Below are positions 24,173 through 37,139 of a DNA stretch of 64,000 nt, one piece after another. Position numbers and translations under genes: made by a program. The DNA lies in NCBI GenBank assembly GCA_965603825.1, contig CBFDEM010000052.1:62001-126000 (forward strand), given 5' to 3'. Position 1 is the first letter of the stretch; each line of letters opens with the position of its first letter. The DNA comes from Blepharisma stoltei ATCC 30299. Its lineage: Eukaryota > Protista > Ciliophora. The notes under the pieces were generated by a model. The model did not search any database and was not told where the DNA came from. It saw only the letters and a program-made list of their open reading frames with translations.

Positions 24173-24961
24173 TTAAAACAAAGCGCATACACAATTCGTT
24201 TTCTTTAGATTTGGCTTCGCTTCCTCCAACTTTATATATGTCTGAGCCACATTTTCTAAGGATTTCAACTGTGTTTTTAACATCAAATTTTCTTCCTCTT
24301 TAAACTGCAGTTCTTTTTCACTGCACACCATTTGTGCAGAAATTTTGTGCATTTCTTTCTGTAATTCATTAATTTTGCTCATAACCTGAATAATACTATG
24401 ATTTTCTCGATGAATTGTGGGTATTGAGCTCTCATCAAACTCGGGATACAAGCTTGCAGACTGGGCTTTTTTAATTGTTGACGAGTCTTCAATAAATTCA
24501 AAAATAGTCCTCTTCATATTATCAAGCTCGGAAAAAAGGACCGAAATTTTATCTGAGTCCACATTTGTAAATCCCGCCAAATTTTGTGAAGCAGCTCTAA
24601 AAGCAGTCAATTTTTCGTTTATTGCTTTATACATCTGTTTGGTCTGTTTTTTGATTGATATTGCAGTGTCAATATGCGACTGAGATCGATCGCTTAGATC
24701 TGAAATATCAGAAACCAAGCTTTCGTCAACGGGAAACTTATTTTTCTCCAAATCCTGTGGTAGAGGAATACCAGCTGGCAGTTCTGCAAGCGATCTAGAG
24801 TGTTCGTTTTCTTCTTTTTGGTGCGAGAGTTCTAGATGCGTAAGATTCTGCAATAGCAGATGGGTTACGTCATCTCCTGTCGTTTTAGAGTACTCCTGGA
24901 TCTTATAGATCCTCTGAGTGACATCATTGATGAAATCTTGGCTGATTCCTTTATTGGTCAT
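24173..24961 (-). CDS. Coiled-coil protein with C-terminal CaaX-like motif (262 aa)
   Basis: ATG-TAA ORF ending KKTNCVCALF. Confidence 0.8.
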   Translation of the reverse strand: MTNKGISQDFINDVTQRIYKIQEYSKTTGDDVTHLLLQNLTHLELSHQKEENEHSRSLAELPAGIPLPQDLEKNKFPVDESLVSDISDLSDRSQSHIDTAISIKKQTKQMYKAINEKLTAFRAASQNLAGFTNVDSDKISVLFSELDNMKRTIFEFIEDSSTIKKAQSASLYPEFDESSIPTIHRENHSIIQVMSKINELQKEMHKISAQMVCSEKELQFKEEENLMLKTQLKSLENVAQTYIKLEEAKPNLKKTNCVCALF

Positions 24962-24996
24962 CTATATATTTCTTCACTTGATACAATTGATTAAAA

Positions 24997-27900
24997 ATGG
25001 CACAGAAAACTAGTCTTTATCTTAAAGAGAAAGTACCAGCAAGTATAGGGAATGAGCTTAGCACCGCTTATAGTGAATTCATGATGATCCAAAATAACAT
25101 AGGAGAACTTTTCCCTGAGCTAGTTAATGAGACGGAAGAGTTTAAAAGCTATAATCACGCGGTCAATACTTTGATACTTCAAAACAACAATTTTGCGAAG
25201 AAAATTCAGGAATATCATGCGTGGCTGACAGGGAATAAAATTGGAGGCATTTTTTTGAGGCTGCAAAAAGAAAATGAAATACTGCAAAATAAGTATTTAT
25301 TATTAAACAAAATAATTAGAGACAATTAAAATTGTTAATTAGACATGTTTATATAGAAATATAGCTTTTTTATGCTAGGATTTTGTTATATATTTAGCTA
25401 ATTCTATAGCAATTTCCAATAGTTTTGAAAAATTAAAAATTGATTATGATTATTGCGCGAAGCAGTTCGGCCGATCTCAGCAGAAAAAAGATGATAATGG
25501 TGCTAGCAAAGGTACAGAAAAGTCTGAAATTTCTCCTGAAGCGCTGTATGCTAAGGATTCTCTTATTCAGGCTTTGCAGTTTGAACTTAAAAAATATAAA
25601 ATGGATTCACCATTTTTCAGTGATATGCTAAAATATTCAAATAACCAGGCGAAGATTATAGAAGAGCTGCTAAAAAATGATGACCAATCAATGAAAAGCC
25701 AATTAACTAAAGCTCTTGAAGCAAGCTTGCAAAGAGAAGGCGAGCTTAAAAATCAATGTGACCAACTTTTAGAGACCTTGAAAAATCTGATTCCTGAGGA
25801 AACTCGTGAAAAACAAACCCCTATAAGGCCAAAATACTCAAAATCCAGCCCATCAAGAAGTGTTAAATCACCAAGCCCATCAAGAAAACTTGCCAATGAA
25901 TTTTTAGGTACCTCTGAGTCAGAAATCCTTTATAGCAGATTAGTATCAGGAGACCTAGAAAATGGCTCTAAGCTCTGGAAAAAGCTTGGCTACGAAAAAT
26001 TCTCCACAACAGACTTTGAAAATAACTATTTAATCCTCCAAGAAGTCGTCAAGCAGCGAGACATCAAAATCGCCAAATTAGAAGCTGATTTAAGGATAAA
26101 AAACAAACAAAAAAATAATTCAGAAATTCTCGCTGAGCTCGAACAAAAAGATAACGAAATAGAGCTGCTTAAGAATACGCTATTAAGCAAAGATAATGGA
26201 GACGGAAATATTTTGGAAAAATACGAACAAGATGTGCTGGAAAAAGAAACAGAAATAAGGGAATTGCTATTGGAATATGAAAAACTGCAGATAAGCTTTG
26301 ATAATTTAAGGATGGAAAAAATGCAGACTGATAATGAAATTATAAGTCTGAGAGAAAAAGTTGCCCAAAAATCGCATGAGCTAAGGACTGTTTATGAGCC
26401 TCTTGCAGTTGATGATAAAGAGTCACTGTTTAGGTCAAGTGGCTTGAAATTTAACCCAGACCAAGAATTTGAGCCTATAAAGCAAGCTTATTCTGAAGCT
26501 GTAGCCTACGCAAGCTATTTGGAATCTCAGCTTAAAATTCTCAAAAGATCCAAAAGTGATATTTTTGACTTAAAAAATGAAATAGAAAATATTTTTAAAG
26601 GAAAAAGCTTAAATGATGAAGAAACTGACAGAGTTTATAGCAAAATCAATGAAATCCTTCAGTCAAAAATAATTGAACAAATAGACAGTATAAACCCATC
26701 AATTGTGCAGTCAATGAAATTAAATGTGGAAAAAATAGAAAGTGAAAAACTAAATAAAGAAGCTGAAATTATAGTACTGAATTCTGAGATAAATAGACTG
26801 AAATCATTTTTGGAGGTTGAAAACGCTATTGAGCTTGATATAAAGCAGAAAATAAAAGACAAATCAAGCATTGAGCAGTGGAAGAAGATTAAAAGAGAGC
26901 ATGTCAATCGTGTAGAAAAAGTATATAAAACTGAAATTGAAGAACTTCAAAGCTTCATAAAGCAGCTTCAAGAAGAAATTTCAGGATACTTAAAAGACAT
27001 CACAAATCTCAAAGAAAAGCATGGAAATGACGTGCAGGATCTCACAAATAAGCTTAAAAGAGAACATGATACCAAAAAGCAGCTCGCTGAACTTTTTGCA
27101 AAAGAAAAATTTTCCCATGAAAAATCCAAAGAAATGCTAAGCTCCAAAGTTTCTTTTGACACAGAAAAATTAGCTGCCCAGCTAAAAGATGCCCAAAATG
27201 CTTTAGAAAGCAGCAATAAAAAAATATTTCAGCTTGAAAAAGAAATTGAGTCCAATATAAAAATTATTCAAAATCACGAAAAGCTAGAAATAGATTTAAA
27301 TAATAAAATAGCTGAGGTAGAAAACTCCAAACAAAAATTATATACAGAATTGACAAGGCTAAATAAAAAAATCCAAGAAATTGAATTAGAAAAAAATAAA
27401 GAAATCCAAAACTTAAAAGATGAAGTTACTGAGTATGAAGACGTTATGAATAAAAATAAACAAGAAATTTTAGAAAAAAATGAAAAAATGGCTGAGCTTG
27501 AAAGGGAAAATAATACCATGCAACGGGAAATTTATGATCAGGACTATAGAATAAAAACAAAAGATAACGTTGAAGAAAAAATAAAAAAATACCAAAGGGA
27601 AATAAAAGAGCTTAAAGAGCAAGCCAAAATAAACGAAGCTGAGCTCCAAGATAAAAAACGAATGGAATCTGATGTAAAAATCCTCCAAAACAATATCAAA
27701 TTATACGAAGAGTCCACAAAGCAGCTAAAACAAGAAATCAAAAGAATTTCAGCTGATCTCCAAGATGCCCAAAATGATTTAGTCGCCTCAAAACGTATTC
27801 AGGAGTCAGAGCTCCAACGAAAATCATTAAACGAGCAATTCCAAATGTCAGAAGCTTCAAAATTCAAAGATCTGCAAAATCGTTATATGTCTTTATCCCA

Positions 27901-29830
27901 AGAATTTTCTGCATTAAAGCGGCAATTAGCAGAAGCAATGGAAGAAAGAAATTCTTTATACGCTCAAATCACCGATTTAATACAACAAAGCAAAACAATT
28001 TCTCAAAAAAATTCTGAGCTTGAAGAAAATTTAGACGAAAAAAACAAAGAAAATGGAAAAATTAGCAAAAAATGTGAAAAAGAGGTAAAAGGACTGATGG
28101 ATGAAATTAATAATAAAGAAAAAATTATACACAGCTTGCAGATTAAAATTCAAAAAATAGAAAAACAGAATGAGGATAGCAGGATTATTGAAAAATTAAA
28201 TGAAAAGGTAGAAGAAATAGAGAAAAAATATGATCAAGCTGAAGAATCACAAAGGAAAATGCTTGAAGACGTTAAAATGAAATATATTGACTGGTGCAAG
28301 TTCACTTCATCAACAGCAATCCAGCGAATTTCGCCTTCACAATATCGCTCTTCAGACCCAGTTAAAGAAACCTCAAAATTTATCGACGCATTTTATAATG
28401 AAGCCAAAACTTTATTTTCCCAAGATTTTCGATCCCCACCTATAGAAGCCCAAGACCAGCCACTTTCAGTATCCCCAAGCGACTTTACATCCTTTATTGA
28501 TTACACCCAAGAAACAAACCAAGATTTTATAGAAAAAGCTAACATTTTACTATCAAGATTAGAAGTTTTGCCAGAAAACAAAGCAAAAGCCCAAGCTATA
28601 AAGCTACTCCAAGAAAATATCAGTCTAAAGCAAGAGCTTTTGGATAGACAAAACAAAGGAGCGAAAGACGAAGAAACATTTAAAAAATTAAAAGACATTA
28701 AAGGGATAAATGACTGGGCTCTACAAAAGTGGCAAGATTCAGAAAGAGACGTCATCCGGCTCAGAGCTCAATTATTAGAAGCTACAAAAGACTTGGAAAA
28801 TAAAATTCATGAGCAAAACGAATTTAATAAAGTTTTAGACAAGGCGAAAGAAAAAATTGAAAAATTAGAAAAATCGTTGAAAAATATGAAGGATAAAGAA
28901 GGAGGGGATTTGAGCAGCGAAACCGATACATTGAGAAGAACTTTAAGAGAGCTGACAAGAGAAAAAAATGAATTAAACAAGAGTCTTCAGCAAGAATGGC
29001 TAAAATGGAAATCTAGCTTAATTGATTTATTAGAAAAAATCTCATTGGTTATCCCTATCAAAAAAGATGCCTCAATAGACGAAAATTCCCCTGATTCTAT
29101 CGCCCAAGCTATCTTGTCCTCTATTAATGCTTATAAAAATGACCACACAACAGGAGCCAAAGTTTGGCCAGAAAAAGAAGAAGAATATCTAAATTCTATA
29201 CATTCCTTTGTGGTTGAAAAAAAGGGCATGCTTAAGTCCTTAGACGAGTCTGAAAAAGAAATTATTATGCTGAAAAAACAAATAGAATCATTGAAAATAT
29301 CAATGAAAGGTTTGCAGGATGAAAATTCTTTGCTAAAAGACAGGCTTAAAAAAGCTGAAGAATCAGGAAATAGCAAAGAAAAAGCCCTTAATGATAGCTA
29401 CCAGAGAGGAATTCAATATGGGATAAGCGAAGGTCGACAGATAGAGCGCAATGAACTTGAAGCAGAAAATAAGCATTTGCAAGCGTTAATTAAGGAATAT
29501 AAAGAAAGTAAAGAAATGCTACAAAATAAGCTGCAGGATCAATATCATAGGATTGATGAAGATAGGTCTTATCTTGATCAAGATGAAATTATTAAAGCGT
29601 TTTATGAAGAAAAAGATTTAAGAGAAGACTTGGAGCGAGAATTGAATCAGAAGTGTGATTTAATTGAAAGCCTTTTGAAGGATTTAGAAAGTAAAAGAAG
29701 ATATATGCAGAATCGAGAGTATGAGTATCAGGAGCTGCTGACGCTTAAGGATGAAGAGCTTTTGAGACTGAGGTATCAATTAGCTCAAGATATATCGGGT
29801 AAAAAGTCTGATAAGTCTTTAGATATTTAA
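24997..29830 (+). CDS. Giant coiled-coil protein (~1570-1580 aa) interrupted by an AT-rich insert near 25293-25422
   Basis: The 1418-aa track ORF is open upstream to 25379 with coding-like sequence (SFEKLKIDYDYCAKQ..) but no ATG. ORF 24997 supplies a plausible N-terminus if 3n+1 nt are removed. The join is inferred. Confidence 0.7.
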
Positions 29831-30361
29831 TTTATAGGATTTTGATTTATGCTGCTTTTTAATTGACTGAAATTGATGGCTTATGAAAAGGAATATTTTC
29901 ACTTTGAAATGATGTGTAAAGACCTTTGAGAGTAAATTATAAAAATATTTTGCCGATCCTTTGTACACCCTATCGAGCTAAATTAGTGGAAAATTAAGAT
30001 ATTATCGAATTCTTATATTCAATCGACCGTTGGGATAGAGGTCCAAGAAGCTTTTTTAATGTAATTAAGCAATACCCCCAACTAAAAGAAACCATTTCAA
30101 CATATTATAGACAAACTTGCTATTTACCACTTGGCAGTTGCATATATAAGCAAAAACTTGAAACCCTAGAATGGTGCATGCCGCTTTATGCGGGTCATTA
30201 TAAATTACGATAAAAATCTAAAAATAATTAACATAAATAATTGAAATCATATTGAAAAAGATATCGAAAATCTGCTTTAAATATTTAATATTTATTTTTA
30301 AATTATGTTCACTTAAAAGTCATAATTTGAGAGCAATAGATTGCTAAGCTGTCTACTGAAA

Positions 30362-31492
30362 TTATCTATTGACTTCCCCTTGATAAATTAATTCTATTTC
30401 TTTACTTTCTCTATTAAGCTTATAGCAATACATCTTCGGTCTTATAAGAAGACTAGCATAAATATTCCCCTCAAAACTGCTGAAAGTTATATCAAAAGGC
30501 AACTCACGAATTCCAAAATTATTATTTCCTATGATATTTCATTTAAATGGGTTATTTTCTTCGCTTTCATAAATAGAGTTGTTTTGAATCCATAAATAAA
30601 CCCTAATTTGATTAGTAAATAAAAATTTACGATTTTCTACATGCTCATAAAATCCAATTTCCGAATGAGAATTAATTAAAAAATCATATAAATAAAAGGT
30701 TGAGTTGTAAAAGCTGCTTACTAAGACATAGTTGTGGAAAAGAACAGCAAAAACTCTTCTATCCAGCTGCGGGAATGCCAATTTCTGCCATTTGTTCCGA
30801 TTTATGTCATATTTCGCTAAGCCTGACATACCTAAGTTCCCAAATACAAATAAATAATTGTCATAATAAATAAATTGATTGAAAGTGTCAAATACATCTT
30901 TTTGGCTATTAAAATTAAACATCTCGGTTATTGCTTTAGTTTTTAGATCCATTAATAATCCTTTACGGCTGTATTGTTCAGCTGCTCCCAATATAAGTAA
31001 ATGCGAGTTCGAAATTTTTACATAGTTTGCTATTTTACTCATTAAACGTCTATTTGGTTTATAAGATTTTAATTCGCATGTTGAGGTTCTTTTATGAGAT
31101 TTTATATCGTAAATGTATATTTCTGTTCCATTTAGATTTTCGTCAGTATTGTAAAGATAATTGAAATCTGAGTTGTAAGAATTATTATAGTTTTGCTTAT
31201 GGATTTTGAAAATTTTTTTATTCAATAAAATTTGAGTAATGCGACATTGTTTGGCGAAGTCTCTATAAAAGCATTGAATTCGAAGATCATCTTTATACTT
31301 TTTAATCATATTATCTATGTTCTTTGGCAAAGCAGAAAGGGTATTAAACTCAGTTTGGAGCTGTCTATGATGATCAGAGTCATTTATATATAAAGCTGTA
31401 AGCATTATTGAAAATTCTTCAATTTTTATCTTTTGCTCTACTAAAAATTCTTCAGTCTTTATCCTTTGCTCTTCTAAGTATAAATCTGCCAT
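30362..31492 (-). CDS. Kelch-like beta-propeller protein, copy A (376 aa)
   Basis: Open through TGA 30539 to TAA 30362. FIYYDNYLFVFG..AKYDINRNKW..FYLYD..IYES..NPFKW, a degenerate kelch pattern. Confidence 0.82.
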
Positions 31493-32070
31493 TCTATAAT
31501 AATAATTTGTAAAATAAAATTAAAACTTAAGCTTTAAATTTTTAGCAAGATAAATGCACTACAGCTAGGTAAAAATAGAGCTAATCAAGTTCATTAAACA
31601 AAAAATAATATGATTTTGCTTGTATCAGAGTGATTAGCCAAAGGTTTTAAAAATTGATATATATTCAGAGTACACATCAATATGCCATATCGAGTAAATT
31701 AGTGGAAAATTAAGATATTATGGAATTCTTATATTCGATCAACTCTGGCTGGGATTGAGTTCAAGAAACATTTTTAACGTAATTAAGCAATCCCCCAGCT
31801 AAGAGAAACCAATTCAACATATCATAGACAAACTTGTTATTTCCCATTTGTTAGTCATATTTCGAAGCAAGAGCTTGTAAACCTAGAATAGCACATGCCG
31901 ATTTTATGAGGGTAATTTATAGGTTATAAAAAAGACTCAAAATAGTTAATATAAACAATTGAAATCACATTAAGAAAATATGGAAAATCTGCTTTAAATA
32001 TTTAATATTTATTTTTAATTTATATTTACTTAAAAGCCATCTTTTAGAATGCTTAAGTTGTCTACTGAAA

Positions 32071-33198
32071 TTATCTATTGACTCCACCTTGATAAATTAA
32101 TTCTATTTCTTTACACTCTCTATTAAGCTTATAGCAATACATCTTCGGTCTTATAAGAAAACTAGCATAAATATTCCCCTCAAAATAGCTGAAAGTTATA
32201 TCAAAAGGCAGCTCACGAATTCTAAAATTATTATTTCCTATGATATTTCATTTAAATGGGTTATTTTCTTCGCTCTCATAAATAGAGTTGTTTTGAATCC
32301 ATAAATAAACCTTAACTTGATCAGTAAATAAAAATTTACGACTTTCTATACGCTCATAAAATCCAATTTCTGAATGAGCTTCAATTAAAAGATCATATAA
32401 ATAAAAGGATGAGTTATAAAAACTGCTTACTAAGACATAGTTGTGGAAAAGAACAGCAAAAACTCTTCTATCCAACTGTGGGAATGCCAATTTCTGTCAC
32501 TTGTTCCGATTTATATCATATTTCACCAAACCTGCCCTATCTAAGTCCCCAAATACATATAAATAATTTTTATAATAAATAAATTGATTGAAAGTGTCAA
32601 ATACACCTTTTTGGCAACTAAAATTAAACATCTCAGTTATTGCTTTAGTTTTTAGATCCATTAATAATCCTTTATATCTTTCTTGGACAGATCCCAAGAT
32701 AAGTAAATGCGAGTTCGAAATTTTTACATAGTTTGTTATTTTATCAAGTAAACGTCTATTTGGTTTATAAGATTTTAATTCGCATGTTGAGGTTCTTTTG
32801 TGAGATTTTAGATTATAAATGTAAATTTCTGTTCCATTTAGATTTTCGTCAGTATTGTAAAGATAATTGAAATCTGAGTTGTAAGAATTATTATAGTTTT
32901 GCTTATGGATTTTGAAAATTTTTTTATTCAATAAAATTTGAGTAATGCGACATTGTTTGGCGAAGTCTCTATAAAAGCATTGAATTCGAAGATCACCTTG
33001 ATGCTTTTTAATCATACCCTCTATGCTCTTTGGCAAAGCAGAAAGGGTTTTAAACTCAGTTTGGAGCTGTCTAAGGTGATCAGAGTCACTAATATATAAA
33101 GCTGTAAGCATTGCTGAAAATTCTTCAATTTTTATCTTTTTCTCTACTAAAAATTCTTCAGTCTTTATCCTTTGCTCTTCTAAGTATAAATCTGCCAT
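32071..33198 (-). CDS. Kelch-like protein, copy B (375 aa)
   Basis: Same frame across TGA 32497 (TGG in copy A) and TGA 32248; TAA at 32071. Confidence 0.82.
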
Positions 33199-33724
33199 TC
33201 TATAATAAAATTAAACTTAAGTTTTAAATTTCAAGCAATATAAATGCACTAATAGCGAGGCTAAAAATAGAGAATTTATACCAACATTAGATTGGTAAAG
33301 ATTATAATATAGAAGCTGAGCTAATCGAGTCAATTAAACAAAAATAATTTGATTATACTTGGCATCAGAGTGATTAGCCAAAGGTTTTAAAAATTGATAT
33401 GATGCTATTATATAAGGGATTATATTTTCAGAGTGCACATCAACACGAGTAAATTAGTGGAAAATTAAGAGATTATTAAATTCTTATATTTGATCAACCG
33501 GCTGTGATTGAGTCCAAGAAACATTTTTAATGTAATTAAGCAATACCCCCATAAGAGAAGCCAATTCAACATATCATAGAAATTAAAAACAAACATTCAA
33601 AATGGTAAACAATTGAAATCATATTAAAAAAGACATGGAAAATCTGCTTTAAATATTTAATATTTATTTTTAAATTATATTTACTTAAAGCCATCATTTG
33701 GATTGCTTAAGCTGTCTACTGAAA

Positions 33725-34852
33725 TTATCTATTGACTTCACCTTCATAAATTAATTCTATTTCGTTACACTCTCTATTAAGCTTATAGCAATACATCTTC
33801 GGTCTTATAAGAAAACTAGCATAAATATTCCCCTCAAAATAGCTGAAAGTCATATCAAAAGGAAACTCACGAATTCCAAAATTATTATTTCCTATGATAT
33901 TTCATTTAAATGGGTTATTTTCTTCGCTTTCATAAATAGAGTTGTTTTGAATCCATAAATAAACCTTAACTTGATCAGTAAATAAAAATTTACGACTTTT
34001 TGCATGCTTATAAAATCTAATTTCTGAATGAGCTTCAATTAAAAGATCATATAAATAAAAGGATGAGTTATAAAAACTGCTTAATAAGACATAGTTGCGG
34101 AAAAGAACAGCAAAAACTCTTTTATTCAACTGTGGAAATGCCAATTTCTGTCACTCGTTCCGATTTATGTCATATTTTGCCAAGCCTGACCTACCTAAAT
34201 CCCCAAATACAAATAAATAATTTTCATAATAAATAATTTGATTAAAAGTGTCAAATTCATTATATAGGCTAGTAAAATTAAACATCTCAGTTATTGCTTT
34301 AGTTTTTAGATCCATTAATAATCCTTTATATCTTTCTTGGACAGATCCCAAGATAAGTAAATGCGAGTTCGAAATTTTTACATAGTTTGTTATTTTATCA
34401 AGTAAACGTCTATTTGGTTCATAAGATTTTAGCCCAAATGTTGAAGTTATTTTATGAGATTTTAGATTATAAATGTAAATTTCTGTTCCATTTAGATTTT
34501 CGTCAGCATTGTAAAGATAATTGAAATCTGAGTTGTAAGAATTATTATAGTTTTGCTTATGGATTTTGAAAATTTTTTTATTCAATAAAATTTGAGTAAT
34601 GCGACATTGTTCAGCTAAGTCTCTATAAAAGCATTGAATTCGAAGATCATCTTTATACTTTTTAATCATACCCTCTATACTCTTTTGCGAAGCAGAAATG
34701 ATATTAAACTCAGTTTGGAACTGTCTATGGCGATCAGAGTCATTTATATATAAAGTTGTAAGCGTTACTCAAAATTCTTCAATTTTTATCCTTTTCTCTA
34801 ATAAAAATTTTGCAACTTTTATCTTTTGTACTTCTGAATATAAATCTGCCAT
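33725..34852 (-). CDS. Kelch-like protein, copy C (375 aa)
   Basis: ATG 34852 (MADLYSEVQK), TGA at 34769, 34151 and 33902, TAA at 33725. Confidence 0.8.
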
Positions 34853-35339
34853 TCTATAATAAAATTAAACTTAATCTATAAAAATTGAGCAAGATAAATG
34901 CACTATAACAAGGCAAAAAATAGAACACTTATACCAACATTAGATTGGCAAATGTTATGATATAGAAGCTGAGCTAATCGAGGTCAATTAAACAAAAAAT
35001 AATGTGATTTTGCTTGGTATCAGAGTGATTAGCCAAAGGTTTTAAAAATTGATATGATGCTATTATATAAGGGGCTATGGCAATTAAATCAGAGAATCAG
35101 AGTGAACCCATGACTATTGCTATGCCATATTTAAATATATCTTTTTAATTTCTATATATTTTTAATCCCTTGAAATTTTTAAAATAATGAAATTATCCTC
35201 CATTGAGGCTCGACGCTCTAAGAAAAAATTAATTATTAATTTTTTTCTGTTAAAATCATTACATCAGACTATTTTGCCAATATTAGATAGAATCAGGGTT
35301 AATAATACTAATTATCCATTATTAATTCCTAGAAGACCC

Positions 35340-37122
35340 ATGCAAACGAATGAAAATCAAGGTATATCAGAGTCTGATCTTTATCAAATAATAAGAAATT
35401 TGATTTCACGATTGTCAAAAAGCAATCCAGAGTCGTCAGAAGCCTGGAACGAGCAAACATTAAGTGAGCCAGAAATTTCCCAAATAGATCAAATTGTAAA
35501 ATCTTTGCTTTTGAAACTCTCCGAAACACAAAAATTGCAAAGCCAATCCGATCTTTATTGTCTGGGATCAATGCTAAATTACCATAACATGATTAAAGAA
35601 GATTTTTTGAAGTCACTAGAAGTGTTTTTGCCAGATCTTGTTGGCTCGATTATAAAATTAATAGAAATTAGAGGTGAATGCTGCATAGATGCAGTCATAA
35701 AGATTCTCTCACTCTCTTGCTTCGCTGCAAAATTAGACAATAATTTTTTTAACCAAGAAATGTTTACAACAATCATATCATTTTTCCAAACAAACTTCTT
35801 CAAATTTATTACTGAAGATACCCCAGAATTATATATGGGCTTGCTGTTAAGGAGGTTTTTACAATTTTTGAATTTCGCGCTTGTTCAAAATTACAACTTT
35901 GACTTTGATTAACTCCCTCCTTTGCTAGATTTTTTGCTTGATTGCTAAAGCATGTGAAAAAAATTTATTGCGTAGGGGCGCATGAAGGAATTCAAAAATA
36001 GAACTTAAAACCCTATTTTTTTTGATAGACTCTTGGAAAAAAGTGATAGAGCTTATTTTGACAAAAGAAACATGAAACTACATCTTTCTTGCTTTAAATT
36101 GGTATCTTAATATAACTTCAAAGTTCGATGAAGAAGAAGCTAAAAGTAAGGAAGAATTAAAAAACCTCAAAAAAAGAAAGTCCGAGGAGCTCCTTCAGCT
36201 TATTCTTCAAAAGCAAAACCAATTAGGTAACTGCTTCTATGTAAACTCTAATAAATATGCATTTTTTGGAAAGAGTAAATCCTGAGTATCATTTTGTATA
36301 AATTTTTATAGGGAAAAGGCAATAGAAATGATTAATAATGAAAACGCTGTATCATACTATATTCAAGAGATCATGCATCAACTCGATTGGTACATGAATA
36401 ATAAAAAACGAAAAAAATATAGAGTTTATCATCAGAGAATCTAAGCTTTCCAATTTGTTTGATTCACCAAAACTATGAACAGAAAGCCTTAGTACACTAG
36501 CTACATATCAAATAGAAAGCAACTCATGTGACCTGAACTTCTTAAAAAAGTACTTCTCAAAAGTGTGAGAAATGGATAGCTGGTATAATAATATTTTGAA
36601 TGCTGAAAAAATTATGCTTGAAATTTTGCTGCTGACTTATGTCAGCCAGAGTTTTTATGAAGAGTTTGAAGAATTAGCAATGAAGTTCGCCTTCAAATTT
36701 TTCGATAATGCTTATAATCATGTTAGAGAATACATAAATAGAGATAGGATGTTTTCATTGATTTTTCAATCTTTGCCTAAAGTTTGGAAAAAGATTTCGA
36801 AATTTATAGCAGCAAATACAAATATCGATCAAGCAACAAATTCAGAGGAATTTTTTAAGATTGGTTTTTTATTTACTCTAGAGGAGTTGCACACGGAATA
36901 TTCAGCTACAACAGCTCCAGAATATTTTATAAAATTTATTGAACTTCTAATTAGTTATTTTTAGAAGGAATCAGTGAATCTCAAATGAGAGTTTTGAATA
37001 GAGATGAAATTTGGAAATTACCTCTCAATATTTTTAGAAGCAGCCTTGAAAATTTATATTCCAAGAACCAAAAAGTGTTTCAGCTTGGATATACTTTGAA
37101 GAGAAAACTTCACCATAATTAA
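35340..37122 (+). pseudogene. Inverted fourth copy of the HEXXH gene, disrupted
   Basis: MQTNENQG start; 115-nt insertion at 35911-36025; +1 frameshift in the A-run at 36411-36417; ~1-kb deletion at ~36958 removing the HEXXH domain; 3' end KRKLHHN-TAA retained. Confidence 0.9.
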
Positions 37123-37139
37123 TTTTTTTGAATTAGTAT

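Larger units (their letters stand above)
29970..35070. repeat. Three tandem ~1.7-kb units, each with a kelch-like gene plus flanks
   Basis: AAATTAGTGGAAAATTAAGA recurs near 29980, 31696 and 33451. TCAGAGTGATTAGCCAAAGGTTTTAAAAATTGATAT recurs near 31625, 33365 and 35020. Confidence 0.9.

Noticed and set aside
26659-29376. Many S/F/L-rich minus-strand ORFs (also at 13779-14312, 38362-40344, 46031-46533, 56910-63211 and others)
   Set aside because: Antisense shadows of E/K-rich real genes.
35187-35339. 51-aa N-terminal extension of the HEXXH family (also 10506-10580)
   Set aside because: Not open in copies 1 and 2 because of stops and indels; the conserved start is MQ(T/A)NEN.
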